Source: Antedon mediterranea (taxonomy: Eukaryota; Animalia; Echinodermata). Taken from it: a stretch of 64,000 nucleotides of DNA. The translations under genes were made by a program, and so were the position numbers. Location: positions 5,658,422 to 5,722,421 of the forward strand of contig NC_092678.1 in the NCBI RefSeq assembly GCF_964355755.1, read 5' to 3'. The notes under the pieces were generated by a model, which was not told where the DNA came from, did no database searches, and saw only the letters and a program-made list of their open reading frames with translations. This document shows positions 1 through 12,357 of this stretch, piece by piece (position 1 is the stretch's first letter; every line of letters starts with the position of its first letter).

Positions 1-232
1 AAAAAAAAAAAAAAATAAAGATATCGATGCACGGACTAGAGAAACCGAACGTTTCCAGTGCCGCTGTTGTGCACCATCTGTCCATAGAGGCATGATGGTG
101 AACACATTATCTTGGACAGCTCTGCAAACCTTGCGCCTGTAGCCACATCAGTGATGGACACACAAAGCTCATTGGTAGCCTGTCTCCCACCGCCGACTAG
201 TACCTAGTCCGGTGCTACACTGGCATTTGTCG

Positions 233-320
233 GTTTATCCAGGTAAGCTAGGCACGTAATAGACTACACAAATCAGAAATGGTGTTGGTAGTCTATAAGT
301 GCTAGCTTACCTGGATAAAC
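233..320. repeat. 88-bp hairpin / tiny MITE-like inverted repeat
   Basis: gtttatccaggtaagctag (233-251) is the exact reverse complement of ctagcttacctggataaac (302-320); the inner atagactac/gtagtctat also pairs. Confidence 0.6.
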
Positions 321-821
321 ACCCTCCCGCCATCCCCTCAGACAAGAGGTCTTGAGAAATGATGATGGTGAATTGGAGGGATGTTCCCACTTGAGGTTTG
401 TGGACTGTACCATTTAGAGAGAGGGGTGTTCAATGAATTTTCTACTTTTCGAGTATATTTCGCTCTTCGAGGAGAAATATGGCATATGGTATATTGGCTC
501 AGTTCATTTGCATAATGTCATTACGTAATCTGTGAGGGTAACGATTGGTCCTAAGTTGGTCCAGGGGTGTTTAAGTGGGAATGATTGATCTTATCTGGGG
601 AGGTTACAATGATGAATTGGCCCTGTCGAATCTCTGCTTAAAACTGTCAATATCTAATTGTTTTACGATGGGAACAGTCGCAAAATTAAGCTAAGTGTTT
701 TCTTCAGGGATTCTATTATAAACTAAATGGTCATTAAAACATCTGGACAAACTCTCCTCTGGACTTTCTGGGTCAAGTTTGTGAACCTATTTGAATTCTG
801 ATACAAAGGTCAATTTCTTAA

Positions 822-2052
822 CCCATTGACCCCTAAGTTTATTTTGCTCCCCTGGGACCCAAAAAGCATATGTCATATAATTAACCCTAACTTTTTTTCT
901 AAACACAGACATTAAAAAAATTAAAAAACAAAAATAATGCAAAGGACATTTTATTTCCAAATATGTTATCAAATTTGTGTTACAACTTATTTTGGCGGAG
1001 TATGGATTATGCAAATTTTAGAAATATTTTAGGAAAATTATTAAAAATTTGTAATTTATCTTTGACTACCAAATGCACAAAAAGTAATAAATATTTCATA
1101 ATAAAACTCATCTCTTCATCAGAACCTATTTCTTCTCTTCAAAATAAGACCAAACTTGACCATTATGAATGACCGGTTTCGAAATTATGAAGAAATTAGT
1201 AGACTGACTCATCCGACGATGACCATATGGGGCCTAGGCCTATCGGGAGCCGCCCCGAGAGCGTCCTCGCCGCTGTTTGTTCACCGGGAATGTTAAAAAA
1301 ACCATCCCGAAAGCGACTTGGAATTCGCGATTCCCACGCGCACCGGCATCCCTCGGGAGCTTAGTCCGCTGTTTTAGACGTGTAGCTTGCAGAAAATTTG
1401 ACGAAAATGCGTCGAAAACTTATGAAATTAAAACAAGTTTGGTATCAAAATGTTTGTCAAAAGTTATGCTTCAATAAACTGACCTTTGCGCAGAGTTTGA
1501 ACAAATATTTCATGCCCATATTGCATCTGACATGGCAGGGTTCATATTACAATCAAAGGTAAACAATATGGCGCGGCCCTCGTGAGGACATCTTCACGAC
1601 TTTTCTCCGGTAGAAAAATCACATTTTTACATGGAAATATGACGATTTAGACACTGTAACTGATACATAATCTTTATTTATTATACATTTATTGTATACA
1701 AGCTTCAAAATAGTGATTGTTAGAAATAAAGATGGATTTTAGACGATTTTACGTTGTATGTTTAGGCCTAGATTCATTCAACGCGCCTGTCGCGTTTCGA
1801 ACAGCGTGCTTCGAAAAACGGTTATATTTTCGAATTTTATTTTCAAACTAACTTCAACAATTGTTTTTATATATTTAGAAGCATATTTTTAAAAAAAAAG
1901 TTGTGAGTATTTTGTATAATTTGTTGTTACGATTCATGCACAGCAAACTGCGCATGTAAATTCGATTTACTTTTTTTTTGTTGAAAATTTGTTTACAATG
2001 ACCTTGACTTTTAACCTTTTGAGCGCTTTAAGCGCTTATCGTGGTGAATCGG
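822..2052. mobile_element. piggyBac-like non-autonomous DNA transposon
   Basis: TTAA on both sides (818-821, 2053-2056); imperfect TIRs cccattgacccctaag / cttatcgtggtgaatcgg; the paralogous LTR has a single TTAA empty site (5303-5306). Confidence 0.75.
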
Positions 2053-3897
2053 TTAAATATAAAAGTATATCGTTATATTACATTCCTCTGTTTCCCTTTT
2101 TTTTTTCTTCTAATCTATTTTAAATATAAAAATGGTTATAATAGTGGCATGCAAAATTAAAGCTATATAAAAGAAAAAAAACATTATTATACATATAAGT
2201 AAAAATTGAGTTAGCCAAAACCATTGACTCTGAAGTGTAACCTTATAACTTTCACTCTCTCTCTTCTCTCTCTTAAAAAAAATTAAAATCAAAAATGAAT
2301 TTGGTATAAAATTCGCGTAAATCAAACATAAATCAGGTAAAAATAAAAATACAAAAAATAGTATGTTACATTGAACATACGTCAAATCGTGCGACAACTC
2401 ATCGCGTTCTAATGGCCTTCAAACATAAATCATCAAATCAAAACATAAAACTCAAGAAACTGTGGCTGATTAGCCTAAAATCAAAATATCAAACTTAATC
2501 ACTTAAAACTTTGAAGAAACAAATGTGTGTGTCCCGTTGACACAAACTTATCCACAATATATCATTATCATCACAACTTTATCGATTTAAGCATTTATAT
2601 TCACAGGTAATTACGATTTCAATCAATCGACAAATTCGACTTTTGTACTCAATGTCACAAAAATTACAATTAAAAGTACTAAGAAAATCTCCTGTTATTG
2701 TATATCAATTAATTAATGCTTGAGATTAACGACTCAAAGGTTAAACAAAATATTTGTTACAAAATGATTGTCATTCTTTTCAATATATCGATCATCAAAA
2801 TTCAAAATTAATCTTTATAAAAAAAAACTCGTTACAAAATCAATACTTAAACATAAATTAAATTCTCTTTTAACTGAAATCACATCGTTACTAAACAAAT
2901 CTCATCAAATACGTAGACTATGCTATCATTTAGCAAATGTCGTAATTTAAAAAAAATTTCTTGCAAAAAATTAAATCAGTAACTTGTTGCATTATACAAA
3001 CGTTTTATGAATCGTTTTGGGGATCCACTTATCGGTATCTGTTTATCATTAATGATCTCTTTAATCAATTTATCAGTATCGTTATATCTGTCAATATTTC
3101 ACCAAAATTTGCAATCATTAGATTCGTGTTTTGTTTCATCGGTGTTGCGTTTGGCTGAAGTCGGTTTAGAATACGAAACTAAAACTTGGAAATGTCCTGC
3201 TTTAAATCTACCTCGGTTTAATGTCATATTTGAATCATTAGGTGCTGTCATAATTAGATTAGTTTGTTCCTTAATTTGTTCTTCTTTCATTTGGAATGGG
3301 GCTGCTAATCCCATGTTATTCTCTACACAGTCAATGTAAGGTTGCAAGTTAAGGGGTTCTACTTTAGTTGGATGTGTAAGGGTATCTGATTGCAATTGGG
3401 CTAGTGTCCTATCATGTTCGTTGACAAATTAAACATTGTTTTCGTCATTTACTACGTTAACGGTGTTCTGAATTTTCTCATTATTATTATTGGCGGGTTT
3501 ATTCAACAATTATTTTAACAATTTAAAAAACAATTTTAGTGTATATATATGTAAACTCTCACTTTTTCAATCAAGGTTACAAATCAAAAATCAAAATGGT
3601 TTTGACTTACCCCAAATGCTTCGGATCCAATTAAAAATGAATTAAAGGAATGCAAAAAGTGTTCAAAAATGTTTAAATGTTCAAACAACGAATTAAAAAA
3701 ATGTTAAAAGTGTTCATCAATGTTCAAATTTTCAAACAACGAATTCAAAAAAAATGCGAAAGGTGTTCATCAATGTTCAAAATGGTAAAAAAAAAGTAAA
3801 TGTTAAAAAAACGATCGAAAAAAAAAACGGCGTGAAGTTGAAAGTGTCCAAACGAAACAGTTCTTGTCCGCTTGCTTCTGTTTTGATTCTTCTTGGG

Positions 3898-4100
3898 TCT
3901 TCCTCGATTATCTTCTTTGTCTTTATCCAATGGTTATAATTTGATAAAATTTCTGCTTGTCTCGATCTCATTCAAATATAATTTCAGCTTGTCTTTTGTG
4001 TCTTCCTCGATTATCTTCTTTGTCTTCATCCAATTGTAATAATTTGATAAAATTTCTGCTTGTCTCGATCTCATTCAAATATAATTTCAGCTTGTCTTTT
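3898..4100. repeat. ~100-bp tandem duplication inside the LTR element internal region
   Basis: tcttcctcgattatcttctttgtc...cagcttgtctttt occurs at about 3898-3997 and 4001-4100. Confidence 0.8.
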
Positions 4101-4715
4101 GAGTCAAAGTAAATTTCTGGTTTTCTCCTTTCAAACAAATATGGTTATTTTTGTCTTCGTCTTCGTCTTCGTGTCTTGTTAAGTGTTTATTTCTTGTTTT
4201 CTCACTCTGTTCCTTATGAAATTTGGGTCTTCCACCATGTAATATAATGTTGCGTTGTTGAGGTACTAATGAAAGACTCTTACTCGCTTAACTGTCGTAA
4301 CACATATATTGTTTATTCAGTATAATACCAGCAAGTATGACATTATTGAAACATAATTTTAATCTTGTAAGGAAAAGAGCAGGCCTTGTCTTTTAAAGCG
4401 AGCGAGTGCGATCACTCAACTAACACACTCCTAAACTGCCCTTGATTTACAACATGCTTAAATTTGGTAAACTTTTACACACCAAAATACAAACAGCACA
4501 CCTACAGAAGCCCTGCATGTATTGAGGAGTGCAATTTGTAGCACACCTATCATTTTCAAAAGAAAGCCTGAAAGAGGGGATAGTTAAACCATAACATTTC
4601 ACAAGAAGTGATAAAATACAGTAAAAATTGTATCAAAATGCATGGTAAATTTTATATGTCAATCAATGATTCCTACTACAAATAGGAATGTGTTGTAATA
4701 CAATATTGTATATAT

Positions 4716-5332
4716 TGTAATATAGTGTTAGTTGTTGAGGTACTAATGAAAGACTCTTACTCGCTTAACTGTCGTAACACATATATTGTTTATTCAGTAT
4801 AATACTTCAGTACAATATACAACTATAAGTATAGATAAGGAACGGAGGATCAATGATGCTGTCAGTGAGGTGTGAAGTGTGTAGGTCTGCTTCTGAAGAA
4901 GTGGCTGTGAGGTGTGGATGTTCTTCTGAAGAAGTGGCTGTGAGGTGTATCTGGGCTCTTCTGAAACTTGGGAGTATATTGGCTCAGTTCATTTGCATAA
5001 TGTCATTACGTAATCTGTGAGGGTAACGATTGGTCCTAAGTTGGTCCAGGGGTGTTTAAGTGGGAATGATTGATCTTATCTGGTGAGGTTACAATGATGA
5101 ATTGGCCCTGTCGAATCTCTGCTTAAAACTGTCAATATCTAATTGTTTTACGATGGGAACAGTCGCAAAATTAAGCTAAGTGTTTTCTTCAGGGATTCTA
5201 TTATAAACTAAATGGTCATTAAAACATCTGGACAAACTCTCCTCTGGACTTTCTGGGTCAAGTTTGTGAACCTATTTGAATTCTGATACAAAGGTCAATT
5301 TCTTAAATATAAAAGTATATCGTTATATTACA
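4716..5332 (-). mobile_element. Solo LTR (617 bp) of the same family
   Basis: TGTAATATA...TATATTACA termini, ATAT on both sides, and an empty (TA)n site in the paralogous segment near 24822. Confidence 0.85.
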
Positions 5333-6193
5333 ATATATATATATGCATGTGGCTGGTGTTTATTCCTAGAAATAAAGGCCCCAGGGCATTTATTCGAGGA
5401 GGAGTTTATTCTAAATGATGTTTATTCAAAGAACGGCGTTTATTCAAATACATACGGTATGTGCAAATTGTGTTTTTGAGCATTTGGACACTAATTGTTG
5501 TGCCATTTGTTTTCAAAATTTCTGCAGTTTTTATAACATACACATTAAGATCCATTACACTATGACATTTCATTTCATAGAATGGTTATTTCAAAAAATT
5601 AATTTTTTTATGGAGGTAAAGAGTATTAGTTGAAATATTGATATAAAAGAGTGATTGTGTTTTTACATTTGTGTGATTTCTAGTATGTTATTTATTTAAT
5701 ACTGAAATTAACATCTTAGAAAAAGTTTAAATGTCAGAATAACTCTCATTGTAGACTGATGTACACATGATGTTCCACTGAGAAGTCTTCTGAAATCTCT
5801 GCTTCCTTTATGAGTTCCTCCACTTGCAATTTATTTTATTCTAAATTTTTTTTTAAATTTAGTTTGGTAAAGATTATTTCGATTATTAATTTGCTAAGAT
5901 TAGTTTGATTATTTAGGTTCTAAGGTCTTGAATTATTGTGGTGAGCAGTGTTTCTCTCTCTTGATATTGTGTCTTTTTCTCTAGAAAATGCCCCAGAAGT
6001 TGCCATCTTGAAGGAGTAATCTTGAATAAAGGATAAATGTACCTTCACATCTGTTATAATTTCCTGTTAGATATTTTAAGTTGGTATATTAATTTATTTG
6101 TGAAGTTGCTTTCTTTTTTAGTTTGTGTTATCATAATCTGTTGTTATGCCCCACATTCTTAAATTATAAGTTAACATTGGTTTAGCTAGAGAG

Positions 6194-6410
6194 TTTTTTT
6201 TTTCATTTCATACACATCCAACATCAAGAAAAAACTCGCCAATTACAGGATGGATAAACTATTTCATAATTTATCGTGCTTATAAACTAAAGTCTCATTT
6301 GAGGCTTAGGGAGTGGAGTTGAACGAGTCGTGAGTTCCAACCCTGGCACTAGGTCAGGATTTAACCCTGGACCTTAGGAAGCATGTTAACCACCACCTAT
6401 CCTAGTAGTA
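6194..6410 (-). mobile_element. Degenerate tRNA-derived SINE (copy at about 25710-25925)
   Basis: 3' tail atccaaca...cgccaattacaggatggataaactattt shared with the SINE at 19950-20222; gggagtggagttg core; degenerate A/B boxes; T-run at the left end. Confidence 0.55.
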
Positions 6411-6473
6411 GAGAGGCAACCATTTTGCTATTCTGATATATCTGCTTTCCAATTTCTGAGGCCTATTAAACTG

Positions 6474-6928
6474 GGGTGTGTAGAAAGCGACGACCTCGAA
6501 TTGGACGACCCCAATGACCCGGGCGACCTAGAATTGGACGACACATAACACGAAACCGACGACCCCTATAGCCTAGCCTAGGCCTAAGTGTGGTATAACA
6601 TCCTGAAGCCGAACATAGCCAAAGATCTATATATATAATACTCGCAAGCAAGCAATAAAAATTCTATTGAGACTCTATAGAGATTCTATAGAAACTCTGT
6701 AAAAACTATAATCTATAGAAACTCTATAGAAATTCTATGGAGACTCTAAAGAAACAGACACGAACAGATATGGAACGCCAAGAGTGCATCATTAAAACTG
6801 CATTCGACTCGATTAGCACACGACCTGGTTTGCCATGTTTATGATATTTTGTGTTATGGGTCGTCCAATTCTAGGTCACCCGGGTCGTTGGGGTCGTCCA
6901 ATTCGAGGTTGTCGCTTTCTACACACCT
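6474..6928. mobile_element. MULE-like MITE with ~95-bp TIRs and 10-bp TSD
   Basis: gggtgtgtagaaagcgacgacctcgaattggacgacccc... is mirrored at the right end; TSD tattaaactg/tattaatctg; internal 11-bp ctatagaaact tandem repeats. Confidence 0.75.
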
Positions 6929-7711
6929 TATTAATCTGTGTTCCAGATACATTGTGTAGAGTTGGATACGTCAGTGTAGCTCCTTTAATTTGTAAATTTA
7001 ATCCTGTTTGATTTCAAAAGAAACCTTATATGTCAAGTTTAATCGACTTTCAAAGTTTTGGCCATTAGTAATTTGTGTTGCAAAAGCAATAGGCAGTCAT
7101 TTTAAAAACAAATTAATTCTATGACATAAACGACAATAGTTCGATAAAAATAACTGAAAGTGAGGTAATGAAAAAACTAACTTATAGTCGACTGATGAGA
7201 ATATAATCCAATCACAATTTAGCACAAAATAAACAAGTATAACATAACAATATAATATTATTTATTTAATATTTATTTCATAAACTTCCCAAAAAGTTAA
7301 ACAATAGAAAACATAATAAGAATCTACAAAAATATCATAAATCATACGATATTCAAATACTCAATAATCTAAACAAAAGGTTATTCTTGATAATTATGAA
7401 ATACACAAATAATAATTGACCAAAAAGATTGATTTACAGCTGGAAAAAAAAACATGAAATAATATACTTAGTAAACACATCATTTATTAAATTTACACAT
7501 ACATAAATGCATATAAATTAAACATTGAGAGGAATGAAAAAATTGACTTAACTATAGCACTATCAACAACTGTAATATATACAATATATAATATAAATCC
7601 TAAGGCAAATAACTGAAAAAATGACAATGCTGGCTGGATCTCAATGGAGATACAAAAAAAAAAAAGCGAAAAGCTAAATCAAAACGATAAGTAAAACAGC
7701 CAGAAAAGTTA

Positions 7712-7748
7712 GCAGAGCTTTCGGGCAACACTAGCCCTTCATCAGTGC
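7712..7748 (-). ncRNA. Minimal type I hammerhead ribozyme motif in a Penelope-like element remnant (about 7640-7895)
   Basis: Minus strand GCA-CTGATGA-aGGGC-tagtgtt-GCCC-GAA-AGCT-C-TGC: complete catalytic core, stem II, palindromic AGCT stem III, 3-bp stem I. Confidence 0.75.
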
Positions 7749-7924
7749 AAGTGAAGGAATTTGGATAACGTCATAGTATAAGAGCTGGCAAGTGCTGCCT
7801 GGGTGGACAGGAATAAAAGAAATACAACAAAAGGAGACAGGGTTGAGTCTGAATAAGAGTAGAAAACAAAGAAGGTAGCTTGGTAGAGATATAAACAATT
7901 ATGCATTGAAACTAAAAAAAGCTG

Positions 7925-8045
7925 TTTTTTTTTTCTTTATTGTATCATAGATAATATCTCTATGATTGTATCAAACAAAAACAATTTCAATACAAAAGGT
8001 AGCCAAGATATAGCCGAAGCTAATCAAGCTTGGTACCTTTTATCT
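7925..8045 (-). mobile_element. 3' end of a CR1/L2-type non-LTR element (stem-loop, AATAAA, A-tail); copy at about 27450-27570
   Basis: Minus strand aaaggta-ccaag...tagcTTCGgcta...cttgg-tacctttt hairpin followed by aataaag(A)n. Confidence 0.4.
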
Positions 8046-8721
8046 TAACTAACTTAAGCTACGAAATTAACAAATAAATAACAGAAGAAAATAAAAATTT
8101 GATAATGTCAAAAGCAAAACAAAAAATGTTGAATAATAAATAAATAACATAACATAACATAAAGTGATGTATGTACTATACTGTAATAAACAAAACCATA
8201 TCAGTTCAATAGACAATATCTGATGAATTAACAATATATAAAACATGGTGGTTAATATTGAAACTTAAATTTTGGTAGTCAATGGAATAATTTTACCGAT
8301 CTGGGAGTATGTTTCTAATGTTAAGTCCAAAAGGTAAAATACAATACAATATATAATATATATATTTATACAACTGTATATTATACAATGCTTTAAAATT
8401 CAAGCTCAAATGCCTTTTGACACAGAAAATGTTACAAATTTACAGCCCAACTTTGAAAATATTAGTATTGTAGTAAAACGTTTTAGAAACAGAAAGTATA
8501 TTTCAATTATCTTATTATTTTATTTTAGGCACTCATATTGTTCATTTTATATTTATTACACCCTTTGTTCTTCATGATGACCTCTTTGAAGCAAAGGATA
8601 GAAATTACTAATATTATATTTGTGTGTTTAAAGTAAAAGATATTTAGCATAGAAAGCATCTTTTATTTTACAGAACTTATCAATTGTTTTATTTGGTTAC
8701 TTTGGTTTTATTTTTAGTTTA

Positions 8722-8848
8722 TTACACTCTTTGTTCATCTTGATTCTTTGTTCATCTTCATTCTGTCTTTGACCTCTTTAAATGTTTCTTATTTGAGGTC
8801 CAAGATTGGAAGCAAAACAGCATAGCATACGCTTAAAACCGTTTCTTA
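8722..8848 (-). pseudogene. 3'-terminal GPCR fragment (helix 8 and C-tail only)
   Basis: Translates as LRNGFKRMLCCFASNLGPQIRNI..., homologous to the ends of the intact genes, with in-frame disruption; an even smaller relic lies at about 8556-8595. Confidence 0.8.
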
Positions 8849-9274
8849 ATATTAAATGTACAGAAAAAAGAAGTGAGCAAAGTAGATAAACAGAGCTTAT
8901 TACCTACAAAGCACAGTAAAAAAGAAATCTCAACTACATCCTAAACTAATACCAACAACTGTGATATGCCATTTTATCTACAAAAATATTCATAATTTGA
9001 TGATAAATAATGTTGATAGAATGATTTAAAAGTATTGAAACTTTCATAATTCATATTCAATAGAAAGTATAATATACTTAGAATAGAAACCAGTTTAATC
9101 ATCATTTAAAGTTTCTTTTACACACTTATACATTGTTTGATTTACTGACATTGATTTATTTCCAATATATTACAGTACACTAATTCTTGTTGAAAAAAAC
9201 AAAAATTAGAGAAACTAACCCCATTGACAGTTTAACTTAAAAGAAACAAATTTTAACTGCAGTCTTAAACTTAA

Positions 9275-9602
9275 AGATGTATTGTCCCCCAAAAACATGA
9301 AAAATGAAGATTAAGTAAATCAGACTTTGAATATGTTATTTTGTAGTTTTCATAAAGTTAATCACTTCCATAGAAAATAAATAGAAAAAAATAATGTTTT
9401 CACCTATAAATTGACAAAATAAATGGTTAAATTCAACCAAAAACCCACTGGCTGGCTGCCAATTTGGCAATTACAGTTTTTTCAGGTAATTTTTTTTTTT
9501 GATCCAATTTTTGGGCAAAGTGGATAACTACTATGTTACATTAAAATGTCATATTCAACACAATTTTGTTAAGAATTATTTTATCAGGGGGACAATACAT
9601 CT
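9275..9602. mobile_element. Kolobok-like MITE
   Basis: TTAA|AGATGTATTGTCCCCC ... GGGGGACAATACATCT|TTAA; absent at the homologous sites near 36715 and 47765. Confidence 0.8.
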
Positions 9603-9914
9603 TTAATACAATCAACTGTTATCTGGCACTTAGGCCTATCTGTTTAATCTGGAACAAATTGTTCATAGTTTTTTATACAATGATTTAAAAGTATTGAAAG
9701 ATTTTAACATGTTGTAATTTCTAATTAAATGTCTTGCTGACACTTTATATGGCTACCATTCTTATATAATATGCAACAAGTTACAGTCAGGTTTAGATGT
9801 TACTAATATTATATATGTATTTAAAGTAAAAGATATTTAGTATAGAAAGCATCTTTTATTTTACAGAACTTATCAATTGTTTTATTTGGTAACTTTGGTT
9901 TTATTTCCAGTCTA

Positions 9915-10871
9915 TTACACTCTATGTTCATCTTCATTACGTCTTTGACCTCTTTGAATGTTTCTTATTTGAGGTTCAAGATTGGAAGCAAAACAGTCTA
10001 GCATGCGCTTAAAACCATTTCTTAACTCGGTAATACGCCACCAATATACAATGGGATTTAAAGCAGAATTCATCATCAGAAGCGGTAAACAAATCTGATA
10101 GAAAGAGTATGCAAATGAGTCACAATGAGTTGATGTAATATAGCATATTGTCAATATCTGGGTTGGGAGTAAGCAGAAAAACAATGAAAAAAGTAGAATA
10201 CTAAATGTAATAAATACTGATCGTAATCTGGCCTGTCTAGCAGATCTAGCAGAAGCTGATGCAATTTGGTTAGTTTTACGTTTTAAAATAATGTAAATAG
10301 AAATATAAACAAATCCTATAATAATAGTCAAAGTAAAACTCAAAAAGTACACAGGTAATAGATTGTATATGTCAAAAAATATAAAGAAAGACAATACTAA
10401 AACTGTTGTTAAAATCCATAAAAAAGTACACACTATTGCCAATTTCTTTTTTGTAACAAATTGTTGGTATTTTATTGGAACAGCAATAGCTATAAAACGT
10501 TCAATACTCACGGCAAGAACAAATAATAATGAACAATTCATCATTAATAGCCCAACAGTTACAGTTACACCAACTGAATTAAAATACCTTATTATCATAA
10601 ACAACAAAGTAACAAGACAACTTAGTAAGTCAGCAACTGCCAAGTTGACAAGCAAAACATTTGGTTTCTTTCTTAGTTGATGATTACAGCAGACAACCAA
10701 AATAACAAACATGTTTTCCAATATTCCTGCAACCATAATTATACATGTGAGATAACCACTGACCGGATGTATTGTTAAATTCATTGTAAAATTATAATAA
10801 TAATAATAATAATAATAATAATCCAATGAAATACTGTAGTCATCCAAACTATTGACATCTTCTGTATCCAT
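9915..10871 (-). CDS. Class A GPCR, type A copy 1 (318 aa, N-terminal Tyr9 tract)
   Basis: Seven hydrophobic segments; GILENMFV, NLAVADLL, SIERF, FFCLLP, NSALNPIVY; splice acceptor ttttcttacag at 10917-10927 upstream of the ATG. Confidence 0.93.
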   Translation of the reverse strand: MDTEDVNSLDDYSISLDYYYYYYYYYNFTMNLTIHPVSGYLTCIIMVAGILENMFVILVVCCNHQLRKKPNVLLVNLAVADLLSCLVTLLFMIIRYFNSVGVTVTVGLLMMNCSLLFVLAVSIERFIAIAVPIKYQQFVTKKKLAIVCTFLWILTTVLVLSFFIFFDIYNLLPVYFLSFTLTIIIGFVYISIYIILKRKTNQIASASARSARQARLRSVFITFSILLFSLFFCLLPTQILTICYITSTHCDSFAYSFYQICLPLLMMNSALNPIVYWWRITELRNGFKRMLDCFASNLEPQIRNIQRGQRRNEDEHRV

Positions 10872-12357
10872 TTTTGATGGTTTTTGCAGAATTGGTAAAC
10901 AACAAACTCATCAGCCCTGTAAGAAAATGTAAATTAAATAACAAGTATAAATACAATTAATTAGACTAACACAACAAAAATATTCAATCTTCTGTCAAAT
11001 AAAGTTAAGATTTAGTCAATTCAATAAAATGCTGTCATACCAATTGTTTACAATAGATTATAATTCAAAATATTTGTTTGTTAGTTTGTAAATAGTTTGG
11101 CTACCCTTTTGTAAAGTCTTCCGATATTTATTTTCCCATTTGAAAGGAAAACTCTTTAAAACTGTCTTCAGGCAGACAATACAAATATTATAGTTAGATA
11201 GTTAGAATTATATTTCCTGGAATGTTCTTAATTCTAAAGCATATAATCTACTCTGGCAAAATTGTGTTTGGAATCTTTGATGTTGCAACTGTTTAGGTGA
11301 AGTTTGTGTTACTGGGGACGGTCCAATGACCAGCCATTTTAACAAACAAAAAACACTATTCTTTCTTGCCACAATTCGATATTCAAAATTTAAACTTGAC
11401 CTGACATGGTTCCATGAAATCTTTATATGGAAGTAGTAATGTGGATTTAAAAAAAAAATGAATTCTAATATTTACCACAAAATGGTTTTTCACAGAATTG
11501 AGTGGTTTTACAATACTTGATATTGTACTAATTCTGGAATAGTCACTCCACAAGTTGCTTTCCTTCAAATTGAATACACTTTTGTTAATTGATACTAAAT
11601 TGAATAAGGTTTATGTAGTTGTAATTGTGTTTTTGCTTCTGTTATTGGTGCATTTGAAGTTTTGTTTGTGTTCTTGGTTTTAATGATTCTTTCATGTTGT
11701 TGAAGCAAAATGCTTTTGTATTTGTCAAAGGTCAAATGCCTAGCCTGTACCATTTCATGATATAATTTTCTGAATCACCATAAAATCAGATTACAAATGC
11801 TATTTATTTATTTTATTTCATAAACCTCTTGAAGAACAAGCAAAATTGAACATTACAAAATGATAAAATAGTTATTAGAAAATAATAGAAAAATAATCTA
11901 TAATTTACACTATAACAGATTTCATGATAAAAAAGATTAAAAAATATGATTTAACAAACAGTAATTTAAATTTAAAATTAAGTTTAATAAACGAGGAATT
12001 GACTTAACAAACATTTGTATAAAATCTAATGGTTGAACCAATGCTGGCACCTATTTATTATTGTAAGGACAAGCAACATGTATGTACAATGGTTAAACAA
12101 TACAAAATGAGCAAATACAATAGTTAATAATAAATAGAAAGATAGTCTATAATTAATACTGTTAATAAATAATTTACACTATCACAGATTCCATGATAAA
12201 AAAAAAATTTAGAATAGGATTTTAACAGGCAAATTTGTATAGAATTAAATTATTGAACCAATGCTAGCACCTAAAAAATATTTAAACTGGCTATCATTTC
12301 TAATAATGTTCTAAATTGTTCCGTTTAGTTTAGTGTCTTTGATTTATTTCCAGTCTA

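Larger units (their letters stand above)
489..4328 (-). mobile_element. Non-autonomous/degenerate LTR retrotransposon: 3' LTR 489-2082 (interrupted by a piggyBac-like insert), PPT 2083-2108, ~2.15 kb internal region, PBS-like 4220-4237, truncated 5' LTR 4238-4328
   Basis: 489-821 plus 2057-2082 match 4974-5332, and 4238-4328 match the start of the LTR at 4716. On the minus strand TGGTGGAAGACCC follows the LTR's CA end, and the purine run aaaagggaaacagaggaa precedes TGTAATATAAC. No RT/integrase motifs seen inside. Confidence 0.75.

Noticed and set aside
1090-1125. Other CTGATGA occurrences (also about 7192, 8220, 10909) as possible hammerheads
   Set aside because: No stem II followed by GAAA with closing stems
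5700-6190. Possible minus-strand L1/Tx1-like coding remnant (similar hint at about 16660-16920)
   Set aside because: Only vague coding-like composition with stops; no diagnostic motif I can support
6466-6651. Arg/Gly/Pro-rich ORF (also 25982-26182)
   Set aside because: Translation of MITE terminal repeats
6626-6755. ATCTATATATAT start suggesting a third Helitron inside the MITE
   Set aside because: No 3' hairpin-CTAG end or empty site found
10363-10680. Recurrent plus-strand ORFs overlapping each receptor (also 12812, 17999, 29872, 32338, 37444, 39989, 42258, 48492, 52324, 58244)
   Set aside because: Antisense shadows of T-rich hydrophobic codons; mostly non-ATG starts; recurrence is explained by duplication
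9915-10871. Assigning a vertebrate gene symbol (MC4R, S1PR, CNR1, ADORA)
   Set aside because: Only family-level motifs are shared; orthology cannot be supported without a phylogeny
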